Positions 36,841 through 46,082 of a stretch of 49,568 nucleotides of DNA are shown here, piece by piece. Position 1 is the stretch's first letter. Every line of letters starts with the position of its first letter. The position numbers and the translations under genes are program-made. Location of the stretch: positions 1 to 49,568 of the forward strand of contig JBKPQM010000039.1 of NCBI GenBank assembly GCA_046734095.1. Direction: 5' to 3'. The notes under the pieces are model-generated. The model had not been told where the DNA came from. It saw only the letters and a list, made by a program, of their open reading frames with translations, and made no database searches. The DNA is from Actinomycetota bacterium. GTDB lineage: Bacteria; Actinomycetota; Actinomycetes; Mycobacteriales; Jatrophihabitantaceae.

Positions 36841-38097
36841 ATGCCGGGCCAGTTGCTAAGAGTGGTCACCGCTGGTTCGGTCGACGACGGCAAGTCGACG
36901 CTCGTCGGCCGGTTGCTGCACGACGCCAAGGCGGTTTTGACAGACCAACTGGCGGCCATCGAGGCGGCGAGCGAGCGCCGGGGCTACGACGGCGCCGACC
37001 TCGCGCTCCTGGTCGACGGCCTGCGCGCCGAGCGCGAGCAGGGCATCACGATCGATGTCGCGTATCGCTACTTCGCGACCGCGCAACGGACGTTTGTACT
37101 CGCTGATACTCCGGGGCACGTGCAGTACACGCGCAACACAGTGACTGGTGCCTCGACCGCTGACGTAGCGGTGATCCTCATCGACGCCCGCAACGGCGTC
37201 GTCGACCAGACGAAGCGTCACGCGGCCGTCGCGGCGTTGCTGCGTGTCGAGCATGTAGTGCTCGCGGTCAACAAGATGGACCTCGTCGACTACTCCGAGG
37301 CAGTCTTCGACGAGATCGTGGGCGACTTCGCCGCGGCAGCTAGCCTGCTCGGGCTGGACTCGTTCACCCCCATCCCGGTTGCCGCGCTCTGCGGCGACAA
37401 CGTGGTCGACCGCTCGACGCGGATGAGCTGGTACGCCGGTCCGTCGCTGCTGGAACATCTAGAGCGCTTCGAGCCCGATCATCGCCCGGCCGTGCCGGCC
37501 CGGTTCCCGGTGCAACTGGTGGTGCGGCCGCGAACCGCCGAGCATCCCGACTATCGCGGTTATGCCGGGCGGGTCGAGGCCGCCGCCTTGCACGTCGGCG
37601 ACCCGGTCGTCGTGCTGCCCTCCCAGCGCACCTCCTCGGTCGTCGGCATCGACACGCCCGACGGACCCCTCGAGGAGGCAGCGCCCGGCCGGTCGGTGAT
37701 CGTTCGCCTCGGCGACGACATCGACATCTCGCGCGGCGACCTGCTCGCCGTCGACCGGGAGCCGCGTCCGGCCGTCGTCCGGCACCTCGGCGCCACCGTA
37801 TGTTGGTTGGCCGATCGTCCAGTACGGGCCGGTGATCGTTTCGCGCTGCGTCACGGCACGCGCGAGGTCGCCGCGATTGTCGACGGCGTCGAGAGCCGCC
37901 TGGACATCAACACGCTCGAGCGAGGCCGGACCGATGAGTTGGGACTGAACGACATCGGCACCATACGCCTGCGTACGGCCGAGCCGGTAACGGTGGATCC
38001 GTACGCGCTGAACCGGTCGACTGGAGCATTTCTGCTCGTCGATGAGGACGGTGGGGCCACGGTTGCCGCCGGCATGGTCGGGCCCTCCGCACGGTGA
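36841..38097 (+). CDS. cysN: Sulfate adenylyltransferase subunit 1 (GTPase)
   Basis: GTPase motifs are GSVDDGKSTLVGRLL (G1), DTPGH (G3) and NKMDL (G4). ATG 36841 was chosen; the long track ORF upstream is a shadow. Confidence 0.9.
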   Translation: MPGQLLRVVTAGSVDDGKSTLVGRLLHDAKAVLTDQLAAIEAASERRGYDGADLALLVDGLRAEREQGITIDVAYRYFATAQRTFVLADTPGHVQYTRNTVTGASTADVAVILIDARNGVVDQTKRHAAVAALLRVEHVVLAVNKMDLVDYSEAVFDEIVGDFAAAASLLGLDSFTPIPVAALCGDNVVDRSTRMSWYAGPSLLEHLERFEPDHRPAVPARFPVQLVVRPRTAEHPDYRGYAGRVEAAALHVGDPVVVLPSQRTSSVVGIDTPDGPLEEAAPGRSVIVRLGDDIDISRGDLLAVDREPRPAVVRHLGATVCWLADRPVRAGDRFALRHGTREVAAIVDGVESRLDINTLERGRTDELGLNDIGTIRLRTAEPVTVDPYALNRSTGAFLLVDEDGGATVAAGMVGPSAR

Positions 38098-38101
38098 TCT
38101 T

Positions 38102-39307
38102 GTGACCGGGTTTCCGCTGCTGCTCGACCTGACCGGGCGTCGCGTGCTCGTCGTCGGCGGCGGGCCCGTCGCCACTCGCCGGGCCGAGCGGCTGGCCGAG
38201 TCCGGCGCGGTGATCGAGGTCGTCGCGCCAGCTGTGTCGAATCGGCTTCGTGAACTCGCTGCCTGCGTTGCCGAGCGTGCGTTCGAGCCGGGAGACGTCC
38301 ACGGCGCGTGGCTCGTCCTGGCCTGTACGGACTCGCCCGCCGTGAACGCATCGGTGGCGGCGGCGGCGGCCGCGGAGCAGATCTTCTGCGTTCGCGCGGA
38401 TGCGGCGGGTGGAGGCACCGCCCGTACTCCCGCGCTGACCCGGCGCGACGGGGTGACGATAGCCGTGTCGGGGGGTGACGACCCGCGTCGCGCGGTCGCC
38501 CTGCGTGACGCGATCAGCGCGGCGCTCGATCTCGGCGAGTTGCCGCTGCGCTCGCACCGGCCGGCATCCGGCTCGGTGGCGCTCGTGGGCGGCGGGCCAG
38601 GCGATCCCGAGTTGATCACCGTGCGGGGACGGCGCCTGATCGCGTCCGCAGATGTGATCGTCGTCGACCGGCTCGCGCCGCGGGCTTTGCTCGACGAGTT
38701 GCCGCCGGACGTCGAGGTGATCGACTGCGGCAAGTCCGCGCACCGGCACAATCTCACCCAGGACGAGATCAACGCCGTGCTCGTTGATCGCGCCCGAGCC
38801 GGCAAACGCGTCGTCCGGCTCAAGGGCGGTGACCCGTTCGTGTTCGGTCGCGGTGGGGAGGAGTGGCTGGCCTGCCTCGCCGCGGGTGTTGCGGTGACTG
38901 TGGTCCCCGGTGTCAGCTCCGCGCTGGCGGCCCCGGTAGCGGCGGGTATTCCGTTGACGCACCGCGGGCTGGCCGCCGACTTCACCGTCGTTTCGGGGCA
39001 CCTCGATCCAGGACGTCCTCTCGACGCCGGTCTTGACTGGGCGGCGCTGGCCCGCGCGTCGACACTGGTCTTGCTGATGTCGATCGAGCGGTTGGACCTG
39101 ATCGTCAAGGAGCTCGTGTCGCACGGGCGTGATCCGCAGACGCCGGCGGCGGTGATCGAGCGCGCGACGCTCGATGGGCAACAGATCGTGCGCGCGCCCC
39201 TCGAGCAGCTGCCCGCCGAGGTGATCGCCGAGGGAGTGCGCGCGCCCGCGGTAGTCGTCGTCGGCGATGTCGTCAATGCTCTTGCTTCGAACACGCGTTC
39301 GCAGTAG
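38102..39307 (+). CDS. cysG: Siroheme synthase-like fusion (precorrin-2 dehydrogenase/ferrochelatase N-domain plus uroporphyrinogen-III C-methyltransferase)
   Basis: N-domain is FPLLLDLTGRRVLVVGGGPVATRRAERL. The SUMT domain shows VALVGGGPGDPELITVRG...VVDRL...RLKGGDPFVFGRGGEE. GTG 38102 lies 5 nt after the cysN stop. Confidence 0.8.
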   Translation: MTGFPLLLDLTGRRVLVVGGGPVATRRAERLAESGAVIEVVAPAVSNRLRELAACVAERAFEPGDVHGAWLVLACTDSPAVNASVAAAAAAEQIFCVRADAAGGGTARTPALTRRDGVTIAVSGGDDPRRAVALRDAISAALDLGELPLRSHRPASGSVALVGGGPGDPELITVRGRRLIASADVIVVDRLAPRALLDELPPDVEVIDCGKSAHRHNLTQDEINAVLVDRARAGKRVVRLKGGDPFVFGRGGEEWLACLAAGVAVTVVPGVSSALAAPVAAGIPLTHRGLAADFTVVSGHLDPGRPLDAGLDWAALARASTLVLLMSIERLDLIVKELVSHGRDPQTPAAVIERATLDGQQIVRAPLEQLPAEVIAEGVRAPAVVVVGDVVNALASNTRSQ

Positions 39308-39325
39308 GCTTCGAACAGGAGTTCG
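39284..39325 (+). repeat. Two tandem 18-nt hairpin-forming units (24-bp period) spanning the cysG stop
   Basis: GCTTCGAACAcgcGTTCG (39284-39301) and GCTTCGAACAggaGTTCG (39308-39325). Each can pair CGAAC with GTTCG. The region is locally AT-richer than its surroundings. Confidence 0.5.
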
Positions 39326-39328
39326 AGC

Positions 39329-39763
39329 ATGGGGAGGAGCCGAGTTGTGACCCGGTCTGTGACGACGATGCGGCCGCCCGCTACGCGCTCGGCCACGTCG
39401 CTGGTCGAGCAGGCGCGAGCGATGCTGCGCGATGCCGAGCGGGAGACGGATGCCGCGGAGCAGTTCCGCTTGGCGCACCTGGCCGCACTGCGCGCCGCGG
39501 CCGCCGTATTCGCCGAGCGGGCCCGTCCCTCGGGCCGCCGCCGACTCGTCAGCGCCTGGACGCTGGTCGACGCGGTGGCGCCGGAGCTGTCCGACTGGTC
39601 GGCCTACTTCGCCCGCACGGCCGATACCCGGGCGGCCATCGAGGCCGGCGCCCGCAGCGTGGTGTCCGATCGAGACGCCGACGATCAGCGGCATGCCGCC
39701 GAGCAGTTCCTCGCGCTGGTCGAGCAGTCACTCGGTTTGCTGGCGGCGCCGCTCGCCAGCTGA
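39329..39763 (+). CDS. HEPN-like domain protein (SAV_6107-like family)
   Basis: From memory, LVEQARAMLRDAE...EQFRLAHLAALRAAAAVFAER...SAWTLVDAVAPELSDWSAYFA...DADDQRHAAEQFLALVEQSL resembles this conserved actinobacterial family. The start is uncertain. Confidence 0.45.
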   Translation: MGRSRVVTRSVTTMRPPATRSATSLVEQARAMLRDAERETDAAEQFRLAHLAALRAAAAVFAERARPSGRRRLVSAWTLVDAVAPELSDWSAYFARTADTRAAIEAGARSVVSDRDADDQRHAAEQFLALVEQSLGLLAAPLAS

Positions 39764-39766
39764 TCC

Positions 39767-40558
39767 TTGCCGACGCTGGTGTCGGTGGTGGGCACTAGTC
39801 TTCGCGACGTGGAGACCGCTAGTCACCGGGAACGCGCCGCCCCGTCACGGCAGCGTCTCGTGACGCGGCTCCTGGCCGAGGCAATGTGGTCGGTGGCCGG
39901 CTCCGGCGCCGCACCAACCGTGCTCGACTGCGGCGGCGGCAGTGGCAGCGCCGCCGTTCCGCTGGCTCGCGCCGGCGCGCGGGTCACGGTTGTCGACGTC
40001 AGCCCGGACGCGCTGGCGACGTTACGCCGACGGGCCGCGGAGGCCGGGGTTGACGATGTCGTCGTGGCTGTGCCGGGCGACGTCGAGACGCTGGCCGAGC
40101 TGGTTCGGCCCGGGTCGTTCGATCTGGCGCTGGCCCACGAGGTGCTCGAAGCGGTCGACCATCCCGATGTCGCGCTTGCGAGTATTGCCGCCGCGGTGCG
40201 CCCTGGCGGTCTGGTGAGCGTGGTGGTCGGCAATCCCGTCGCTGCGGTGCTCGCCCGTGCACTCGCCGGCGAGGTGGCGACGGCGCTGGCCGAGATGCGG
40301 TCGCTGTCAGAAGTGTCGCCCGGCGAGCTAGACCTGGGACGGCTGCGCGCTCTGTGTGATCAGCTCGGTCTGGTCGTGGAGCAGGTACAGGGGGTGGGGG
40401 TGTTCACCGAGATCGTCCCGGGCGCCGACCTCGACCCGCAGCGTGGCGGTGCCTCGAACGCCGAGGCACTAGCCGAACTCGAGGAGCTCGCCGCAAACCG
40501 CTCACCCTTCCGCGAGATCGCCAGCCGCATCCACGTCCTGGCCCGCCGCCCGGGTTGA
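39767..40558 (+). CDS. Class I SAM-dependent methyltransferase
   Basis: SAM motif I is VLDCGGGSGSAAVPLARAGARVTVVDVS. The start is uncertain (TTG 39767 or GTG 39779). Confidence 0.7.
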   Translation: MPTLVSVVGTSLRDVETASHRERAAPSRQRLVTRLLAEAMWSVAGSGAAPTVLDCGGGSGSAAVPLARAGARVTVVDVSPDALATLRRRAAEAGVDDVVVAVPGDVETLAELVRPGSFDLALAHEVLEAVDHPDVALASIAAAVRPGGLVSVVVGNPVAAVLARALAGEVATALAEMRSLSEVSPGELDLGRLRALCDQLGLVVEQVQGVGVFTEIVPGADLDPQRGGASNAEALAELEELAANRSPFREIASRIHVLARRPG

Positions 40559-41796
40559 TGGGCCGCAGCGCTGACGTCCCGCGCGCCGCCGGCCCGACCG
40601 ACGGCGACGATTCCAGCTGCACGATTCTGCACGTCGATATGGACGCATTCTTCGCCAGCGTGGAGGTCCGGCGTCGGCCGCAGCTGCGCGGCAAGCCGGT
40701 GATCGTTGGCGGATCGACGCGAGGCGTTGTCGCGGCGGCATCCTACGAAGCGCGGCGGTTCGGCGTCCGCAGCGCTATGCCTATGGGGCAGGCGCTCCGG
40801 CTGTGCCGGCACGCCGTGGTGCTGCCGCCGGATCGCTCCGCCTACAGCGAGGTGTCCGCGCAAGTGATGGAGATCTTGCAGAGCATGACCCCGCTGGTCG
40901 AGCCGCTGTCGCTGGACGAAGCGTTCCTCGACGTCGCGGGCGCGCAGCGGCTGCTCGGACGCCCGCTCGAGGTTGGCCGGACGATCCGCGCCCGGGTGGC
41001 CGAGTCGCTCGGGCTCAGCTGTTCGGTCGGCGTGGCCTCGACGAAGTTCGTCGCGAAGCTCGCCTCGGCGCGCTGCAAGCCGGACGGCCTGCTCCTGGTC
41101 CCGGCCGCCGAGACGCTGGCGTTCTTGCGTCCGCTGCCGGTCACCGTGCTCTGGGGAGTCGGTGAGCGCACCGCGGAGCCGCTGCGCCGCTTGGGAGTGC
41201 GAACGGTCGGGGACTTGGCCGAGATTCCGCTCGACGCGTTGCAGCGCGCGGTGGGCTCCGCGGTGGCCGAGCATTTGCACGCGCTCGCGAGGGGACACGA
41301 TCCGCGCGAGGTCGACACCCACGAGGTCGAGAAGTCGATCAGCGCTGACCATACGACGGCAGCCGATCTCACCGACGAGGCCGAGGTCTCCCGCGAGCTG
41401 CTGCGACTGAGCGGCGAGGTCGGCCAGCGGCTGCGAGAACGGCACTGGGTCGCCCGGACGATCGGTATCAAGATCCGGTTCGCGGATTTCCGCACGGTAA
41501 CCCGAGTGCGCACCGTTACAGACTGGGTTGACTCCTCGGCCGCGCTTCACGAAATCGCGCTCGATCTCTACCGCGGCCTGCGCCTGGACCGGCCCCGCAT
41601 CCGGTTGGTGGGCGTGAAGGCGGAACAGTTCCGTGACGCAGCTGACGCGCCGCGCCAGCTCAGCCTGGACGATGTCGCGCCGCCGGACGGCGCCGTCGAC
41701 GAGGTCACCGATGCCACGCAGGTGCGATTCGGCCCGGCCGCGCTTCGTCCGGCGACACTGATCCCGCGTCGCGCGGCTGGCCGACCCACCAGCTAG
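40558..41796 (+). CDS. dinB: DNA polymerase IV (Y-family)
   Basis: Motifs are ILHVDMDAFFASVE, SLDEAFLDV and SVGVASTKFVAKLAS. The ATG shares one base with the preceding stop (TGATG). Confidence 0.9.
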   Translation: MGRSADVPRAAGPTDGDDSSCTILHVDMDAFFASVEVRRRPQLRGKPVIVGGSTRGVVAAASYEARRFGVRSAMPMGQALRLCRHAVVLPPDRSAYSEVSAQVMEILQSMTPLVEPLSLDEAFLDVAGAQRLLGRPLEVGRTIRARVAESLGLSCSVGVASTKFVAKLASARCKPDGLLLVPAAETLAFLRPLPVTVLWGVGERTAEPLRRLGVRTVGDLAEIPLDALQRAVGSAVAEHLHALARGHDPREVDTHEVEKSISADHTTAADLTDEAEVSRELLRLSGEVGQRLRERHWVARTIGIKIRFADFRTVTRVRTVTDWVDSSAALHEIALDLYRGLRLDRPRIRLVGVKAEQFRDAADAPRQLSLDDVAPPDGAVDEVTDATQVRFGPAALRPATLIPRRAAGRPTS

Positions 41797-41984
41797 CACC
41801 CAAAATTGCGGCTTGGGACAGGAAAGCTCACACCCAGGGGGCCGGCAAACTTTCGCCGACGCCACTGGGCTCGTATGCTCAAGAGTGTCAACTCTCAACC
41901 GAGGGCCGACGCAAGAGTTGGATCGCAGACCGCCGGCTGGTCGGTCCCGAACGGGCCATCAGTGGATGGACGAAGGAGGGCACG

Positions 41985-42359
41985 GTGCCGCTCTCCGAGC
42001 ACGAGCAGAGGCTCCTCGAGCAGATCGAGCAGGCGCTCTACGCGGAAGACCCCAAGTTCGCCTCCGCCGTGCGTGCGGGGCGCTCGAGGCTGCGTCGGCG
42101 ACGCTGGATCATCATCGCCACGGTCGGTGTTATCGCCGGGCTCGCTGTGCTCCTTGTCGGTCTGACCGCAAAATTGATCGCGCTGGGCGTCGTCGGCTTC
42201 GTGATGATCGTGGCGTCCTGCGTCTACGTCGCCACCATGCTCACGTCCAAGTCATCCGGCAAGAACTCAGAGGTCGGCAACGCCGGTTCGAAGGCCCGTC
42301 GACCCGGGGTGCGGTCGCGCATGGAAGACCGGTTGCGCAAGCGCTTCGAGCAGGAGTAG
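41985..42359 (+). CDS. DUF3040 domain-containing membrane protein
   Basis: PLSEHEQRLLEQIEQALYAEDPKFA is followed by two hydrophobic segments. The GTG start is preceded by GAAGGAGG. Confidence 0.8.
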   Translation: MPLSEHEQRLLEQIEQALYAEDPKFASAVRAGRSRLRRRRWIIIATVGVIAGLAVLLVGLTAKLIALGVVGFVMIVASCVYVATMLTSKSSGKNSEVGNAGSKARRPGVRSRMEDRLRKRFEQE

Positions 42360-42444
42360 CGCAGGCGCCGCGCGTCCCAGCTGTCGGCACTGGTGCGGCG
42401 CGCCTTATGAGTCCGTTGTTTCGACGCGGCGCATGTTGCGCGGC

Positions 42445-44742
42445 TCAGTGACGGCGCCGACGGCGTAGCCAGCCGAGCGACTGGGGCAGTAGCCGGGCTC
42501 GGGCACGCTCCCAGCCACTGCGTGTTTCCCGCATCGACACTTCGACCCGCGGCAGGTCGGTGACCAACCCGCGCGTCGCCACGCCGTCTCGATCCGGCGC
42601 ATAGCGCGACAACTCGACGGCAGTGGCCAGTGTCCGCAACGATTCGTCCGCCTCTCCCGAGACACCCTCCCGGCGGAGCCAGATCACCACCTGCCGCGGG
42701 CTGCGAACCGGCGACCAGACGTAGCCGAGATCGACGGCCGTGTCGGCGAGCTCCTGCCACAGGGCGTCGGGCTCACGCTCCGCGGCGTGCAATCGGGCCC
42801 GGCGCCGGGCGAGCCGGGCGCTGGCCGGGAGCAGGAGCAGGACCACGACCAGCCCGGCGATCCCCACGAGTAGCCAGCCGACCCAAGCGGGCACGTCGCT
42901 GCTGCCCGACGCGGCCGGCGCCGCGCCGCCGTCAGACTCGAGCGAGGTCCGCCGGCCGGACGCGCCACTTAGGGTGCCGCTGCCTGCGCTTCCCGGGTCG
43001 CCGGGAGCCGGGGCCGGGCGTGACTGCGGCGCCCACGGCATCTGCGCGGCTCGGAGCGCATCAGGGCCACTGAGCGGAGTGGGGTCGAACGGCAGCCACC
43101 CGACGCCGCCGAAGTACGCCTCGACCCAGGCGTGCGCGTCATTGGTCGTGACCGTGAAATTGCCGTCCTTGTCCGGAGCCTTATGGGTGTAGCCCACGAC
43201 AACCCGTGACGGAACTCCCGCCATTCGCAGCATGATCGCCATCGCACCCGCGTACTGCTGGCAGAAGCCCTCCTTGTTGGTCAGGAAGTCGACCAGGGCG
43301 CTGCCGGAGTCACCGGTCTTCGTCGTAAGGCTGTAGGTGAAGTTGTTCTTCGGGAAGTAATTGAGGATTGCCAGCGTCCGGTTGTAGGGCGACTTAGCGC
43401 CGCCGATGGCCTTCAGGACGTCTTGCCCGACCACGTCCGGCATGGTGGGATGCGTCAGCCAAGGCTGCAGGGCGGTGTCCTTGGCGAGCGACTCGGACTG
43501 CCGCAGCGCGGGGATCAACGGCTGCGGCTGCTCGACACTCTCTTCGTAGGTCTGGCCCTTGCTGATCCGCCCGCCGAGCACGGCAGCGTCGTGCGCACTC
43601 CACGTCCAGTCGCCCTCCAGTCCGACGATGCGCGTCGGTGACTGAAAGATGGGCACGGCCACGTCGTCGAGGCTCTTGACGGTGATCGTGGCCGAGTAGT
43701 CGAGCGGCGATGTATTCGCCGGTAGCTCCGGCGCGGCGACGAACTCTGTGTCCTGCAACGGCTCGGTGGCACCTCTAGGTCCGGGATGCCAGCCCGACGC
43801 GTCGTAGGTGTCGAGGACATATTCGCTCAGGTACAGCGGACGAGGTTGGCCCGAACCGTTGACCTTCACGTCCACCAGGTCGACCGGATCCTTGCGGGTG
43901 AGCTGTCCCTTCAGCCGCACGAACGGATCCAGGCTGACCCCGCCATCGCCGCCTCCACCGGAACCGCCGTGAAACGCGTCGGCGAGCAGGTTGGTCTTCG
44001 GGACGGGCAGCAACAGCGGTGCCGCCAGCGCGATCACGATCGCGATCAGCGCGATCCGTCGTCCGGTCAGCGCCTTGACTGCCGCGCGCGACGCGCCCGC
44101 TTGGTGGGGCATCAGCCGTCCCCACCGCGAAACCTCGTCGCGGGTGTCGGAACTGAGCAGCAGGAGATAGCCGAGGGCGGCCAGCACGAACCACAGCCAC
44201 CCGACGGCGTGGCGGGGCACCGTCCCGGCGACGGTGTACACCGCCAGGAACGCAACCCCGGCGAGTGCCGGGCGACGAGCTACCACGGCAACCAGGTCGA
44301 CGGCCACCGCCACGAGCACGAGCAGCGCGGCGAGCACCATGCGCACGGCCTCGGTGGAGTGCAGCGGCGCCGCGCCGTCACGGACCGTCGTGTGGAACTC
44401 GCCGTTCAGCACGGCGACGTCCCTCCACGCGCCGGCCAACGGCACGAAACCGCCCCAGGCGTGGTCAGGGACGAACCGTGCCGTCAGGTAGAAGACGGTG
44501 AGCACCAGGCCGGGCAGCAAATGGATGATCCGCGCCGGCTGCCGAGTACGTAGCAAGGCCGCCGGCCCGATCGCGAGCAGCATCGCCACCCAGACGTTCG
44601 GCAGCCAGGCCCAGTCAGTGAAGATCTCGCGAAGCGGCAGTACCGCAAGCGCGGACGCAACCAGGCCCGCGACGGTGCGCCGGGCCGCGTTCTCCGGTCC
44701 GGCGATCCGGTCCGAGGCCGCCCAGGCCCGAATCCCGGTCAC
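42445..44742 (-). CDS. Transglutaminase domain-containing membrane protein (TgpA-like)
   Basis: Multiple N-terminal TM segments. The catalytic core is EGFCQQYAGAM (Cys), DAHAWVEAY (His) and FDPT (Asp). GTG 44742 overlaps the DUF58 stop (GTGA), so it is preferred over the longer track ORF. Confidence 0.85.
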   Translation of the reverse strand: MTGIRAWAASDRIAGPENAARRTVAGLVASALAVLPLREIFTDWAWLPNVWVAMLLAIGPAALLRTRQPARIIHLLPGLVLTVFYLTARFVPDHAWGGFVPLAGAWRDVAVLNGEFHTTVRDGAAPLHSTEAVRMVLAALLVLVAVAVDLVAVVARRPALAGVAFLAVYTVAGTVPRHAVGWLWFVLAALGYLLLLSSDTRDEVSRWGRLMPHQAGASRAAVKALTGRRIALIAIVIALAAPLLLPVPKTNLLADAFHGGSGGGGDGGVSLDPFVRLKGQLTRKDPVDLVDVKVNGSGQPRPLYLSEYVLDTYDASGWHPGPRGATEPLQDTEFVAAPELPANTSPLDYSATITVKSLDDVAVPIFQSPTRIVGLEGDWTWSAHDAAVLGGRISKGQTYEESVEQPQPLIPALRQSESLAKDTALQPWLTHPTMPDVVGQDVLKAIGGAKSPYNRTLAILNYFPKNNFTYSLTTKTGDSGSALVDFLTNKEGFCQQYAGAMAIMLRMAGVPSRVVVGYTHKAPDKDGNFTVTTNDAHAWVEAYFGGVGWLPFDPTPLSGPDALRAAQMPWAPQSRPAPAPGDPGSAGSGTLSGASGRRTSLESDGGAAPAASGSSDVPAWVGWLLVGIAGLVVVLLLLPASARLARRRARLHAAEREPDALWQELADTAVDLGYVWSPVRSPRQVVIWLRREGVSGEADESLRTLATAVELSRYAPDRDGVATRGLVTDLPRVEVSMRETRSGWERARARLLPQSLGWLRRRRRH

Positions 44743-46073
44743 GGCGTGCTCGATCGGGCGCCAGGCTGGACGGCGGGGCCGGCGGAGGCCGTCCGCTGGC
44801 CGAGCAGCCGGCTCCAGACGGCGGGAATCGCCTCGTCGGCCCGCGCGGGCACGACCCACCAGCCGGCAGCGCGCAGTATCTCGGCGACCCGGCGGCTCTC
44901 GTTCGTCCATACCGGACCGGCAGAATCGTCAGTCGGCGAGGTGGCGCGCCACGAGTCGACATCGAGCAGGATGGCGAATGCCGGCGTCGCCGACCCGCGC
45001 GGGTGGGCCTCGGCCAGCGCGTGCGCGCTCGAGTCGTCGAGGTGTCCGAGCACCGCGACGACCGTGGAGTCGCGCATGGCCAGCCGCAACTGCGGCACGA
45101 TCGGCGCCAAGCTGGTCTCGCTGCGGGCGGTGACGTCGGCCAGGTGGTCGACGAACGTCCCCTGCGAGCCGAAGCGCGTCCGATCGCGCGCCGCCAAGTC
45201 GGCGATAAGGCTTACGTCGCGGCCGGTGAGGAACAACTGGCTGCCGATACTCGCGATCGCGCTGATCGCCCATTCCAGGCTGCGTCGGCGCCGGTCGTCA
45301 CCGCCGCTGCGGGCCTCGTCAGCCTCCACGTGCGCCGATGCCCGCAGGTCGAGCAACAGTGTGGTATGTCCCTGCCAGGGACGTTCCTCGTGCCGGACCA
45401 TGATCGCGCCGGTGCGCGCGGTGGACCGCCAGTGGATTTTGCGAAGATCGTCGCCCTGCCGCCACTCGCGCGTGGAGGCGTCGTCGGCACCTCGCGACCC
45501 GATCGAGTGGCTGCCGGCGTTCTCGCCGAGGTCCCACGAGTTGGGTACGTGCAGGTCCGGCAACCGCTCGACGATCGGCGTGATGACGAACCGCGATCGG
45601 GCGGTGAACGACCGGGTCGTGTCGATGAGCCCGAACGGGTCCGTCAGCCGTACCCGTAACGGTCCGGCGTCGTAGTGACCGCGCGGCAGCGCCGGCACGC
45701 GATACGCGACGGTGCGGGTCTCTCGGCCGTTGAGGCCGTCCAGCACGAACCGCGCTTGCCCGGTCAGCCGGGCAGGCAGGCGGTCCTCGAGCATGAGGGA
45801 CGTGGTGGGTATGAGCGATCGGTTGGTCACCGTTAGCGAGATGACGACCTCCGAACCAGCTTGGGCGCGGGCATGAGAGACCCCACGACGGCTGGCGATC
45901 GTCACCTGCGAGCGATGCACGATGATCGCGGCCACCACCGGGACGGCGACCAGCAGCGCACCGGCCCGGACGAGGTCGACCTCGCCGAAGCCCAGGCCGC
46001 ACAGCACCGCGGTGATCCCGCCGGCGACCAGGCAGCGGGCACGGGTGGTGAATCCCGGCCGGATCCGTCGCAT
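44739..46073 (-). CDS. DUF58 domain-containing protein
   Basis: REWRQGDDLRKIHWRSTARTGAIMVRHEE is the DUF58 signature. Two N-terminal TM segments. Confidence 0.8.
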   Translation of the reverse strand: MRRIRPGFTTRARCLVAGGITAVLCGLGFGEVDLVRAGALLVAVPVVAAIIVHRSQVTIASRRGVSHARAQAGSEVVISLTVTNRSLIPTTSLMLEDRLPARLTGQARFVLDGLNGRETRTVAYRVPALPRGHYDAGPLRVRLTDPFGLIDTTRSFTARSRFVITPIVERLPDLHVPNSWDLGENAGSHSIGSRGADDASTREWRQGDDLRKIHWRSTARTGAIMVRHEERPWQGHTTLLLDLRASAHVEADEARSGGDDRRRRSLEWAISAIASIGSQLFLTGRDVSLIADLAARDRTRFGSQGTFVDHLADVTARSETSLAPIVPQLRLAMRDSTVVAVLGHLDDSSAHALAEAHPRGSATPAFAILLDVDSWRATSPTDDSAGPVWTNESRRVAEILRAAGWWVVPARADEAIPAVWSRLLGQRTASAGPAVQPGARSSTP

Positions 46074-46082
46074 CGCTCGCGC

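Noticed and set aside
37459-39396. Very long antisense or alternative-frame ORFs. Examples are 37459-39396 (-, 645 aa), 37907-39694 (-), 40360-41898 (-), 6381-7751 (-), 5310-6374 (-), 2124-3062 (-), 12998-14026 (+), 13200-13964 (+) and 47133-47900 (-).
   Set aside because: They overlap genes that have clear family motifs on the other strand or frame. Their translations are Arg/Pro/Ala/Gly-rich low-complexity strings without motifs. Such shadow ORFs are expected in very GC-rich DNA, where stop codons are rare.
41797-41984. Less GC-rich spacer after dinB with small stems (CCCAA...TTGGG, AGAGT-gtca-ACTCT), considered as a terminator or sRNA.
   Set aside because: The stems are only 5 bp, with no U-tract and no recognisable RNA family features. 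It is more likely to be simply the promoter/5' UTR of the DUF3040 gene.
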